Of a stretch of 47,715 nucleotides of DNA, positions 39,663-47,715 are shown in pieces; position 1 is the first letter of the stretch; each line of letters begins with the position of its first letter. Location of the stretch: the NCBI GenBank assembly GCA_002299795.1, contig DBNP01000005.1, forward strand, positions 1-47,715, read 5' to 3'. Below the pieces are notes generated by a model. It did not search any database and was not told the origin of the DNA. It worked only from the letters and a program-made list of their open reading frames with translations. This stretch comes from Candidatus Saccharibacteria bacterium UBA669. GTDB taxonomy: Bacteria; Patescibacteriota; Saccharimonadia; Saccharimonadales; Saccharimonadaceae. Position numbers and translations under genes: made by a program.

Positions 39663-39666
39663 GTGG

Positions 39667-40188
39667 TCAGCAGCGGCTGACGCCGCCAGTCGTGCCGTAG
39701 TTGTAGAAGTTCAGGCACACACGGTCGGTGTAGGTGAGGCCTGTCGTAATCCTCACGCCTTTAGCTGTTCCACTAACGGCATATCCATTGCTCGTGCCTC
39801 CACGGATGATGTTGTACGCGCTCAACTTGATGTAGCTGGTGTTCGCCCATGCGTACGTAGCAGGGACGTCCACCCACCCGTCAGTGACAACCATGTACCC
39901 ATAGCTATCACGGGTAATGGTGATGTACGCACTTGGTTTAGCGTTGGTCGCTAGCCCTGTGAAGGGCAGGTACGCGACGTCCAGGAATTGGCACACGTTG
40001 GGTGAGTTGCCAACTCGCTTCGTGACTCCATACCCCAACGCGATTGAGTCGCATGCGTAGTAGGTCAGGTACGTCGGTGCCGCCACTGCTTGCGCAGGGC
40101 TCGCCGTCAGCACACCGATTGCCACCATGGTGGCAGTAATGAAGCTGGCGAACCAGCCCCAGTGTCGCGACTTTTTCGGAGCGTTCAT
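39667..40188 (-). CDS. secreted hypothetical protein, cassette gene
   Basis: Signal peptide ending LTASPAQA; four Cys; SD GAAAGG; promoter TTGCAT-17-TACATT. Confidence 0.78.
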   Translation of the reverse strand: MNAPKKSRHWGWFASFITATMVAIGVLTASPAQAVAAPTYLTYYACDSIALGYGVTKRVGNSPNVCQFLDVAYLPFTGLATNAKPSAYITITRDSYGYMVVTDGWVDVPATYAWANTSYIKLSAYNIIRGGTSNGYAVSGTAKGVRITTGLTYTDRVCLNFYNYGTTGGVSRC

Positions 40189-40284
40189 TGTGGTGCCTTT
40201 CCCTCGTCGTAAGCCGCGGGGTTCCGAAGCTTATTGTGATAATGTAAACGATAAGGCTGTACTATGCAAGCATAGGTGTATTAG

Positions 40285-40333
40285 AAATGAAAATAGGTGG
40301 TATTTGTGCAGGGTGACTGCACAAATACCACCT
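40285..40333 (-). terminator. long hairpin terminator
   Basis: 16-bp stem AGGTGGTATTTGTGCA/TGCACAAATACCACCT then ATTTTCATTT. Confidence 0.87.
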
Positions 40334-40340
40334 GGTTGGC

Positions 40341-40937
40341 TCAGAGCGCCCCGCCGTCCTTGCGCTCGGCCTGGCGCTGACGGTATGCCTGCTGTGCCGA
40401 GGCAAAGCCACTGGCAATGCCTGCCCATCGAGCCAAGGCTCCATCGAGCGCTCGCTCAGTCTGGTCGGCGGCCGTGGCCCGCAGCCGTTCGAGAGCATTC
40501 GTCAGGCTGTCGATGTCGTCGCTGAACACATCCTGTGAGGCTCCGGCGGCATCGGTCGCCTTGTTGGCGGCAACTTCACCAAGGCTTCCAAGCTGCTCGC
40601 TCAATTCCATCATGCGTCCACCAGCCGCATCGAGAAAGCGCTCAAAAGCGGCGCTGGCGCTGCCATACAGCCGCTCGAATGTCTCGTCCCAGTCGGTGGG
40701 TTCGGCGAGGGGATCGACGGTGCCATACAGTGTCACGAGTAGTTCCTCTAAGGATGGCTTCGCCGGCTCGAGCATCACGAGCGCATCCAGCTCGGCTTGC
40801 ATCTCTTGCGCGCGCCAGTTGAAGACCAGCCGCGTCGTGCTATCATCTGGCGCCTCATTGCTCAGGCGTTGCGCCTCGGCGATACCAGCTTTCAGCATCT
40901 CAACTCGAATGCTGCTTGGGTTCATGGCAGATGCCAT
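40341..40937 (-). CDS. Ala/Glu-rich helical hypothetical, cassette gene
   Basis: SD GAAAGGA; promoter TTGACA-16-TATAGT at 40974-41001. Confidence 0.75.
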   Translation of the reverse strand: MASAMNPSSIRVEMLKAGIAEAQRLSNEAPDDSTTRLVFNWRAQEMQAELDALVMLEPAKPSLEELLVTLYGTVDPLAEPTDWDETFERLYGSASAAFERFLDAAGGRMMELSEQLGSLGEVAANKATDAAGASQDVFSDDIDSLTNALERLRATAADQTERALDGALARWAGIASGFASAQQAYRQRQAERKDGGAL

Positions 40938-41006
40938 CGGTCTTCCTTTCGTCGGACGAATAGAACATTGGTTACTATAGCACATACATGATATGTGTCA
41001 ACCAAT

Positions 41007-41038
41007 CAAAAACTGCCGCACGTGTGACGGCAGTTTTG
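41007..41038 (-). terminator. nusG terminator
   Basis: AAAACTGCCG..CGGCAGTTTT inverted repeat. Confidence 0.8.
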
Positions 41039-41053
41039 TGTGATGGAGTATAT

Positions 41054-41602
41054 TTAAACTTTTTTGACCTGTAGTGCGTCAAGCTCGACTGGGGTATCGC
41101 GGCCAAACATACTGACCATTACCTTGAGCTTACCCTTGGCGGTATCAATTTCGCTCACCGCACCGTCAAAGCCCTTGAACGGACCGTCGGTGATACTGAC
41201 CACTTCGCCTGGCTGGAAATCAATCTGATGCTTAGGGTCTTCGACACCCATGCGCTTTTTGATTTTAGAAATTTCAGCATCTGAAACAGGCGTTGGCTCG
41301 GTGCCGCTACCAACGAACCCGGTGACACCGGGAGTGTTGCGTACGATATACCATGTTTCATCAGTGAGTTTCATTTCAACGAGCACGTAGCCCTGAAAAA
41401 TCTTAGCTTCAACAACTTTGCGCTTACCATTTTTAATCTGAATTTGCTTTTCCTTTGGCACCATAGCGTCAAAGATTTTGTCGGCCATATCGACGGCCTG
41501 AATGCGCGTCCTGATGCTGTCAGCTACTTTTTCTTCGTAGCCACTGTAGGTGTGGATCGCGTACCACTGCCGGGTGCTGTCGTAACGATTTTTTTGTGAC
41601 AT
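41054..41602 (-). CDS. nusG: transcription termination/antitermination factor NusG
   Basis: WYAIHTYSGYE, F.GYVLVEM, VRNTPGVTGFVG, DGPF..F.G, MFGRDTPVEL. Confidence 0.98.
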   Translation of the reverse strand: MSQKNRYDSTRQWYAIHTYSGYEEKVADSIRTRIQAVDMADKIFDAMVPKEKQIQIKNGKRKVVEAKIFQGYVLVEMKLTDETWYIVRNTPGVTGFVGSGTEPTPVSDAEISKIKKRMGVEDPKHQIDFQPGEVVSITDGPFKGFDGAVSEIDTAKGKLKVMVSMFGRDTPVELDALQVKKV

Positions 41603-41608
41603 GTCTGG

Positions 41609-41959
41609 TTACTTTCCTATGATTAGCTTAAATAATTGTTGGAAACCTGCGTCAAGCAATATGATGACTACCAGGAAAAATACGGTGAAGGCGATCAGCG
41701 CGCCGGTCATACCCCAGGTGCTGCGCCTATCAGGCCAGCGTACTTGGCGAAGCTCATACCAAGCTCCTTTTACGTAGCGTACTACTGGGCGGAATGGATT
41801 TACAACGCGTCGGCCGGCCGTAGCTGGCTCTTGTTTGCTGTTGCGCGTAGCTTTTGGTGTTGCTTTTGGCGTCTTCTTGGTTTTTCGCGAGGACGAGCTT
41901 GTATCGCTTGCAGAGATGCGAGTGATACGAGCGCTATCATTGTTATTGGCTTTTGCCAC
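41609..41959 (-). CDS. secE: preprotein translocase subunit SecE
   Basis: ELRQVRWP plus one TM; directly upstream of nusG; GTG start after GGGAG. Confidence 0.93.
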   Translation of the reverse strand: MAKANNNDSARITRISASDTSSSSRKTKKTPKATPKATRNSKQEPATAGRRVVNPFRPVVRYVKGAWYELRQVRWPDRRSTWGMTGALIAFTVFFLVVIILLDAGFQQLFKLIIGK

Positions 41960-42114
41960 GTTGATACTGTCTCCCAATTTAATAAGTCTGCTTGTTGCAG
42001 ACTGTCAATACCATAGTACATCGCAGAGCCCCGATTGTCAAGTCTTCGCCCGACGAGCGATGATATCACGGAGATATTGACCCAGTATGAATATAGTTGT
42101 ATGGTATATGAAAT

Positions 42115-42951
42115 ATGATTGAAAGATATAAACCATCAACACGTGAAGTGCTGCCGCTGAACGACATGAAGGTGCGTGCAAGAGCGACAGTGCTCGAATT
42201 TACCGGGCTCACAATGGAAGGGCTGCTGCTGAAGCCCTACAGTGATGATAGCCTGCACCAAGTGGTAGCGCTGTATGATGAAGATGAGGCGATGATAAAT
42301 CGAAGAGTTGTTGATACGCCGAATCGTCGTCTGGCGAATGCCATGATAGGCCTAGAGGAAGCGGTCCGTACGCTCTGTCAAGTAGAGCCACCGATTGATC
42401 GGATGGAAACGATTCAAGCGAACCGTGAGGTTGTGGATGGAGTGAGCGGCACTGTCTTTGCGTATACTATTTCAGCGGGTCGTGCCGGTTGCGACTTTGG
42501 CACATTGTTACGGTGCGAGTATGACACCCCTGGCCTTGTTGACTCGTATAACAATCCGTTGACTGATTCACGCGCGGTACTTTTGCCTCAGAATAGTTAC
42601 TTACGGCAAGTACTTCGATTTGGCGATCCACATGAGCCTGTTTTTCGGGCAAGTGAGACTGATCTGCTATCTCCTGAATGGTCAACCGTGAGTGAGGAGT
42701 GGCTACCAAACGGCGGTAAGGCAGTCCGCTGGATCAATCTCGATAGAGCGTATAGGCACGAAGATGGTACATTTGCTGCAGGCCAGGTGCGCGACGATAT
42801 ATTTCATCGTGACCATATATTCTACTATCCACTCTATAGCAGCGATGCGCTGGGTCTAGAGAGGTACCTGGAGATTGCACAGGATTTACTGCGAAAGCTA
42901 CTCGACGCGCTCGATGGCGAGCATACTGTCACGCCAAGTGTCGACTACTAG
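42115..42951 (+). CDS. hypothetical protein
   Basis: 278-aa ORF; TTGACC promoter upstream, leaderless-type start. Confidence 0.72.
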   Translation: MIERYKPSTREVLPLNDMKVRARATVLEFTGLTMEGLLLKPYSDDSLHQVVALYDEDEAMINRRVVDTPNRRLANAMIGLEEAVRTLCQVEPPIDRMETIQANREVVDGVSGTVFAYTISAGRAGCDFGTLLRCEYDTPGLVDSYNNPLTDSRAVLLPQNSYLRQVLRFGDPHEPVFRASETDLLSPEWSTVSEEWLPNGGKAVRWINLDRAYRHEDGTFAAGQVRDDIFHRDHIFYYPLYSSDALGLERYLEIAQDLLRKLLDALDGEHTVTPSVDY

Positions 42952-42965
42952 ATTTTTAGTGCGTA

Positions 42966-44597
42966 CTATTCAGGGTCTTTATGCGTGGTTTGCATAGTAA
43001 AGCCAAATGTTGAGCCATGATTCAGTCGTGACGACATTTCTATCTGAATGTCGAGCTTTTTGGATAGTTTGCGCGCGACATACAGCCCCAGCCCGGTGCC
43101 ACCTGTCTCTCGTGTTCGGTAATCCTCGCTGCGCCAAAATTTCTCAAAAATATGCGTTTGGTCACTCTTGCTCATGCCAATTCCGGTATCAGATACTCTG
43201 AAGTCAAGCGTGTCATCGTGCTTTTTCACCCTGACAACCACCTCACCCTCTTTGGTATATTTAATCGCGTTGGTGACAAAGTTTTGCAGTAGTTCTTTGA
43301 GGTAGAGCCGGCTGGCTACGACTTCACCAAGTTGCGGCGATAGGTCGAGATTGAAGTGGAGTCCCTTGGCTTCTGCTTGCGGTGCATACTCGTTGTAAAG
43401 GTCGTGGATGAGCGCACTCACATCGATAGCCTCTGGGGCGTCAGCGACACCACGCTCGGCGCGGCTGAGGGTGCTAAGGTCATTAACCATCTTTGCAAGA
43501 AACAGCACCTGGTCGTGCGCCACCTTCATGTTGTCTTTCAGGGTGGCATCTGGAATATCGTTGCGATCCATCATAATTTGCAGATTGCTCAGAGTACCCT
43601 CTGCGATGGTGATCGGAGTCCGAAGCTCGTGGCTGACGACGCTAATAAACTCATCACGCTCTTCCTCAAGCGATTTCTGCTTGGTGATGTCACGCAAAAT
43701 CACAATATAGCCATCGGAGCCATCGCTGCCATGACTATCGACACCACGAATCGGCGAGTAAATAACACTTAGGTGCAGCTGCTCACCGGCAATCTGGATG
43801 CTGAGGTCGTCCCTATTTTGCACGGTCGTAGCGGCTTTGAGTTCGCGGATAAATTTGAACGGTGTGTTGTCTTTGTCGACCAGTGGCAGGATAGCGTCGA
43901 TTTTTTGTCCCTCAAGACCGGTATTTGTATCAAGCAAGCTGAGACATGCGGCGTTGTACACCTGTATCACGCCGTTTTTGTCGGTGCTTAGGATGGCGTC
44001 GGCCAGGTTGTTCACGATGGTGATCATACGATCACGCTGCAGTAGCTCTTCTGCCTGGCTGCGGGATAATTCTTCGCGGTCAACTTCCTGTGCTTTGCTG
44101 ATTGAGCCAACGATATAGCCAACGGCTAGCGTACCAACAAAGTAGAGAATGTTTTGTATGATGTAGTTTGAGTTTTCAAGATGTAGCAGTATGTCGGCGA
44201 GCGCGGTGGCAAACAATATAAAGATGCTGAGATACAGTCCGTCTGTCGAGAAGTACGCGAGGGACGCGAGGAGCAGGATCACCCATCCGACGGTAAATGG
44301 CATGTCAAAGCCTGAAACAAATAGGAGGTAAGCTGCGGCTAGGATATGGAACAGAATGAGGCGAGCAGCTGCCATACGCTTGCTTTTTGGTGGGACGAGG
44401 AACTGGTAGACGCTAAGCCCGATCCACACCAGCGCAATAAGTATAAACTGCGCATCGCCCGAAAAATGATCGGATTGGATGGCGCCGAGCTGGATGAGTA
44501 GTCCATAAAATATCAAAATAACAGGCAGCAAGAGTCCGGCAAAGCGAATAATTGCAGCAGTTCGTTGGTTCACGCTCAGCCCCGCCCTTTTCATCAT
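42966..44597 (-). CDS. membrane PAS-domain sensor histidine kinase
   Basis: Multiple TMs, PAS domain, SHELRTP H-box, NAIKYT, DTGIG, GTGLGL. Confidence 0.95.
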   Translation of the reverse strand: MMKRAGLSVNQRTAAIIRFAGLLLPVILIFYGLLIQLGAIQSDHFSGDAQFILIALVWIGLSVYQFLVPPKSKRMAAARLILFHILAAAYLLFVSGFDMPFTVGWVILLLASLAYFSTDGLYLSIFILFATALADILLHLENSNYIIQNILYFVGTLAVGYIVGSISKAQEVDREELSRSQAEELLQRDRMITIVNNLADAILSTDKNGVIQVYNAACLSLLDTNTGLEGQKIDAILPLVDKDNTPFKFIRELKAATTVQNRDDLSIQIAGEQLHLSVIYSPIRGVDSHGSDGSDGYIVILRDITKQKSLEEERDEFISVVSHELRTPITIAEGTLSNLQIMMDRNDIPDATLKDNMKVAHDQVLFLAKMVNDLSTLSRAERGVADAPEAIDVSALIHDLYNEYAPQAEAKGLHFNLDLSPQLGEVVASRLYLKELLQNFVTNAIKYTKEGEVVVRVKKHDDTLDFRVSDTGIGMSKSDQTHIFEKFWRSEDYRTRETGGTGLGLYVARKLSKKLDIQIEMSSRLNHGSTFGFTMQTTHKDPE

Positions 44598-44638
44598 ATG
44601 TGTGTATTATACTGCATATGGTTGCGCACGCAAATGCA

Positions 44639-45337
44639 CTATACGGCCGGCGAATGTTTTTTGAGGAGCTTGCGGTGAGTGAGGTAGAGTGGATCGATCG
44701 CTTCGACCTCCCGCCAAAACGCGGGGCTGTGGTTCATTTCGCGCGTATGGCATAGCTCATGAACGAGCACGTAGTCGATAAGTGTATCAGGCAGTTTCAT
44801 AAGTGCAATGTTGAGGCTAATTACGCCGCGGCTGCTACAGCTTCCCCACCGCCCGGTACTATGGCTGAAGCGGATAGTAGTGTAAGTAAACCCACGATCA
44901 GCCGCGATACGCTCAAGTCTGCTGGGTAGTAGTAGCTTGGCCTCTTTGCGATAGACTTTCGCCACTACATCTCGGATCATCTGCTGAACATCGCGGTCAT
45001 TGACACTGTGGTTCGGAGGGAGTTTAACTACGATCTTGTCGCTCAGCAGCTGTACGTGAGGCTGCTTGACCATCGTTGTCGGTACGTGGACAAGCGTGTG
45101 TTGCTTGCCGATTTGCTGGCCCCATGTGTATGGCTGGGACTGACCCGCGCTATGCGCAAGCTTCCGCAGCTCGCTTCGTGAGCGCTCAATCATTTGCCTC
45201 ACAAATAAAAGCGGCGTGAGGGGCGGTACGGTGGCGACATAGCGACCATCGTTCCCAATCATAATGCGAACATAGCGTGCACGTGCGACGCGGCGAACAG
45301 TGATCTCGCCAAACTCTGGATCAGTGATAGTGGACAC
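44639..45337 (-). CDS. YgjP/DUF45-type zinc metallopeptidase-fold protein
   Basis: RWGSCS, DYVLVHELCH..EMNHS..FW. Confidence 0.92.
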   Translation of the reverse strand: MSTITDPEFGEITVRRVARARYVRIMIGNDGRYVATVPPLTPLLFVRQMIERSRSELRKLAHSAGQSQPYTWGQQIGKQHTLVHVPTTMVKQPHVQLLSDKIVVKLPPNHSVNDRDVQQMIRDVVAKVYRKEAKLLLPSRLERIAADRGFTYTTIRFSHSTGRWGSCSSRGVISLNIALMKLPDTLIDYVLVHELCHTREMNHSPAFWREVEAIDPLYLTHRKLLKKHSPAV

Positions 45338-45345
45338 GAGACGTG

Positions 45346-45918
45346 CTACCTAATCACGATAGGCCGGGTAGTTGGCCTTGGAGGTACGGCTGTATGGAGC
45401 TTTGGCAACGGCTCAGCGCTTGCTCGGTTTTCGCGGCTCAGGTATGACAAGACAACTTTGAGCTGGCTATTAAACGTATGCTTGCCGCTGATCACGATCG
45501 CTTTTTCGTCAGGATGTGGTGCGCTAAAGTCGCGTAGATAATCGTGAAACTCATCTTTATTAAGTGAGCCATTTTTGAGCGTTCGGGAGAGCGATGTTAC
45601 TTGGTCTGTCTGTACCCAAATAAGCAAGGGCTGAAATCCCCTCGACCTGGCCCATCGGAAAAACTCGGTTCGTCGGACTCTGCTGTCGCTATTGCCCTCG
45701 AACACAAACGTTTGTCCGCATTTTGCGACCTCGCCCATAATAATTGAGATGAGTTTGCCGGCGGCCTCTGAGTCCTGCGCGAGTGCCTCAATGACCAGGC
45801 TGTCGACGTAGGGTGCGTGAAACATTTCAGCAAATTTTGCTGCAAAAAAAGTCTTTCCACTCCCCGGAATCCCCACCATCATGATTGCATGCGGGCGCGC
45901 TAGTCGTAATGATTGCAT
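45346..45918 (-). CDS. P-loop kinase-like protein (AAA_33-type)
   Basis: MVGIPGSGKT Walker A; leaderless start after TATACT. Confidence 0.8.
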   Translation of the reverse strand: MQSLRLARPHAIMMVGIPGSGKTFFAAKFAEMFHAPYVDSLVIEALAQDSEAAGKLISIIMGEVAKCGQTFVFEGNSDSRVRRTEFFRWARSRGFQPLLIWVQTDQVTSLSRTLKNGSLNKDEFHDYLRDFSAPHPDEKAIVISGKHTFNSQLKVVLSYLSRENRASAEPLPKLHTAVPPRPTTRPIVIR

Positions 45919-46020
45919 AGCTATAGTATAGCAAAACTCCTCGGCTTATGGGTAGAGATGTGTGTGCTATATCTCAACTTTACGCCGTAGAGCATAAGCA
46001 ATATATACTATCATAGATCA

Positions 46021-46049
46021 TTGACAAATTGTAAATACATTAATATAAT
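46021..46049 (+). promoter_or_regulatory. sigma70 promoter
   Basis: TTGACA-17-TATAAT. Confidence 0.9.
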
Positions 46050-46090
46050 AAAATCTAATTATAAACTGTTTGCGAGACAGGAGATGTGAG

Positions 46091-47668
46091 ATGAATAAGG
46101 TGAAAGCATTAGTAATTAGCGTCATTGCCGCGGTGGTGTCATTTGCCGGATACGCCTACGTAGCGGGAGATACGATACAAGCCCTTAACCCGTCTGCGCG
46201 TGATTGCACCACCAATTCGATTATCTACTGCGGTGCCATCACCCCTGATGAGCTAGTCACAAAATATGCTGCAAATAAGACTGGTGACCTGCCGGCGCTT
46301 TACAGCCATTACGGCATTTCTGCTGCCATGATAAATGGCAAAACACAGAAGCAGGGCTATGTGACGCGCACCGGTGACGTCTATTACAATGGCAAAATTG
46401 TGGCCCGTAAAGCAATCAGTGTTGGCCGCGAGTACCGTGCGAATAGCTGGACTCTCTCGGTTGGTGGTAACACATACTACGAACGCTATGCGGGCACTAA
46501 CTACGCTGCCACCACCGATGCCATCGCTACACATCTCTGGTTTGACGCAAATGGTAAATTTATTGGTGGCATTATGTATTCATGCGGAAACCCTGTGCGA
46601 GCAACGCCAGAGGAAGTGCCAGTTGCAGTATGTGAAAGCCTGGTAGTCGACAAGATTAGCCGCACGAAGTTTCGACTAACTGGTAAAGCAGTTGCAAGTG
46701 GCGGCGCGACAATTAGCGCGATCCATTACTACGTCTATGATGCTGCAGGTACTCCTGTGGCTAGCGTACCTGGGCCAGATGGTCAGGCAACGAGTAGTGT
46801 TGAAGTGACAATTTCTACGCCAGGTACCTATAAAGTGCAAGCAATCGCGCTGACATCTCTTGGCAACAAAACAAGCGATGCCTGTACTCGCATGGTGACC
46901 GTCGATCCCGAACCATGTACTGTTCCTGGAAAAGAAAATCTGCCCAAGGATAGTCCGCTGTGCGTAGAGGATAAGCCGAGTGTCAAGGTTGAAAAAACCG
47001 TCAATGGTAAAGAGCTTGCTACGGTCAAGGTTGGAGAATCTTTCACCTACGAGATTACGGTCACAAATACGGGCAATGTAGTGCTGAAAGACGTGGCGGT
47101 GAGCGATACGGCACCAGCCGGCATTAGCTTCCTGACGGCAGACAGCGGTACGCTGCAAAATAGCACCTGGACCCATACGATTGCCGAACTTAAGACCGGT
47201 GAATCAAAGACATTTACCCTAACTGCGAAGTACAACGAGTATCGCGGTGGCACGCATACAAATACCGTCTGTGTTGATACGCCGACAGTACCTGGCAAGC
47301 CGGATGACTGTGACGATGCGAGCACAAACACCAAAGAAGATATTACGGTTTGCGATACAAAAACAAATCAAATCATTACGATTGATCGCAGCCAGCTCGA
47401 TAGTTCTCATATGACTACAGATCAAACGAAATGTGGCGACATAAAGGTCTGTGTACTTGCTGACAAAACCGAGAAGACAATTCCAAAAAATCAGTACAAT
47501 ACTTCATTGCACACAACTGACATGAGTAAATGTGCCAACCCTAAGGTTGACCCACCCATCGAGCTTCCTCACACTGGTATCGCTGATGTCCTGAGTGGTG
47601 GCATTGGTGTCAGTAGCCTGATCGGCGCTACCACTTATTACGTCGCCAGCCGACGCGCAATACGCTAA
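46091..47668 (+). CDS. cell-surface protein with DUF11-like Ig domain and LPxTG-type sorting signal
   Basis: Signal peptide; VEKTV..G..FTY.ITVTNTG...L.DV.V.D; Cys-rich Thr/Asp region; ELPHTG-hydrophobic-RRAIR tail. Confidence 0.85.
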   Translation: MNKVKALVISVIAAVVSFAGYAYVAGDTIQALNPSARDCTTNSIIYCGAITPDELVTKYAANKTGDLPALYSHYGISAAMINGKTQKQGYVTRTGDVYYNGKIVARKAISVGREYRANSWTLSVGGNTYYERYAGTNYAATTDAIATHLWFDANGKFIGGIMYSCGNPVRATPEEVPVAVCESLVVDKISRTKFRLTGKAVASGGATISAIHYYVYDAAGTPVASVPGPDGQATSSVEVTISTPGTYKVQAIALTSLGNKTSDACTRMVTVDPEPCTVPGKENLPKDSPLCVEDKPSVKVEKTVNGKELATVKVGESFTYEITVTNTGNVVLKDVAVSDTAPAGISFLTADSGTLQNSTWTHTIAELKTGESKTFTLTAKYNEYRGGTHTNTVCVDTPTVPGKPDDCDDASTNTKEDITVCDTKTNQIITIDRSQLDSSHMTTDQTKCGDIKVCVLADKTEKTIPKNQYNTSLHTTDMSKCANPKVDPPIELPHTGIADVLSGGIGVSSLIGATTYYVASRRAIR

Positions 47669-47680
47669 TCTCGGAATACA

Positions 47681-47706
47681 CAAAAAAACCGAGCTCATCA
47701 CTCGGT
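47681..47706. terminator. hairpin with A-tract (terminator, probably for a convergent gene)
   Basis: AAAAAAA-CCGAG-CTCATCA-CTCGG-T. Confidence 0.55.
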
Positions 47707-47715
47707 GCTTGGCAG

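Noticed and set aside
40341-40937. WXG100-like motif RWAGIAS
   Set aside because: The motif lies near the C-terminus of a 198-aa protein rather than centrally in a ~100-aa hairpin.

Overview
Chromosomal window from a compact-genome bacterium using genetic code 11, most consistent with Candidatus Saccharibacteria (TM7, CPR). This assignment is inferred from pervasive leaderless genes, a long Lys/Glu-rich N-terminal extension on L1, and an LPxTG-type DUF11 surface protein. The core genes are tRNA-Gln, cysS, an nrnA-like DHH gene, recR, ybaB, dnaB, dnaX, the dTMP genes tdk/tmk/folA/thyA, and secE-nusG-rplK-rplA-rplJ-rplL. That last cluster is normally compact but here spans about 21 kb because of many single-gene insertions. 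The insertions fall into two classes: leaderless orphan genes, and GC-rich self-contained cassettes (consensus promoter, SD-containing leader, ORF often ending in TGA, CCACC/CCACAC spacer, long GC hairpin, TTTTCA(A/T)TT tail). One 2.6-kb insertion, carrying a caspase-fold-like protein plus a partner, lies between rplA and a degenerate duplicate of the rplA 3' end, with no integrase. Other highlights are a SulP-STAS-nucleotidyltransferase fusion, a wHTH-NUDIX gene with a palindromic candidate operator next to thyA, two long structured leaders with uORFs, and several micro-ORFs missing from the ORF track. No CRISPR array, rRNA, transposase or integrase was seen.
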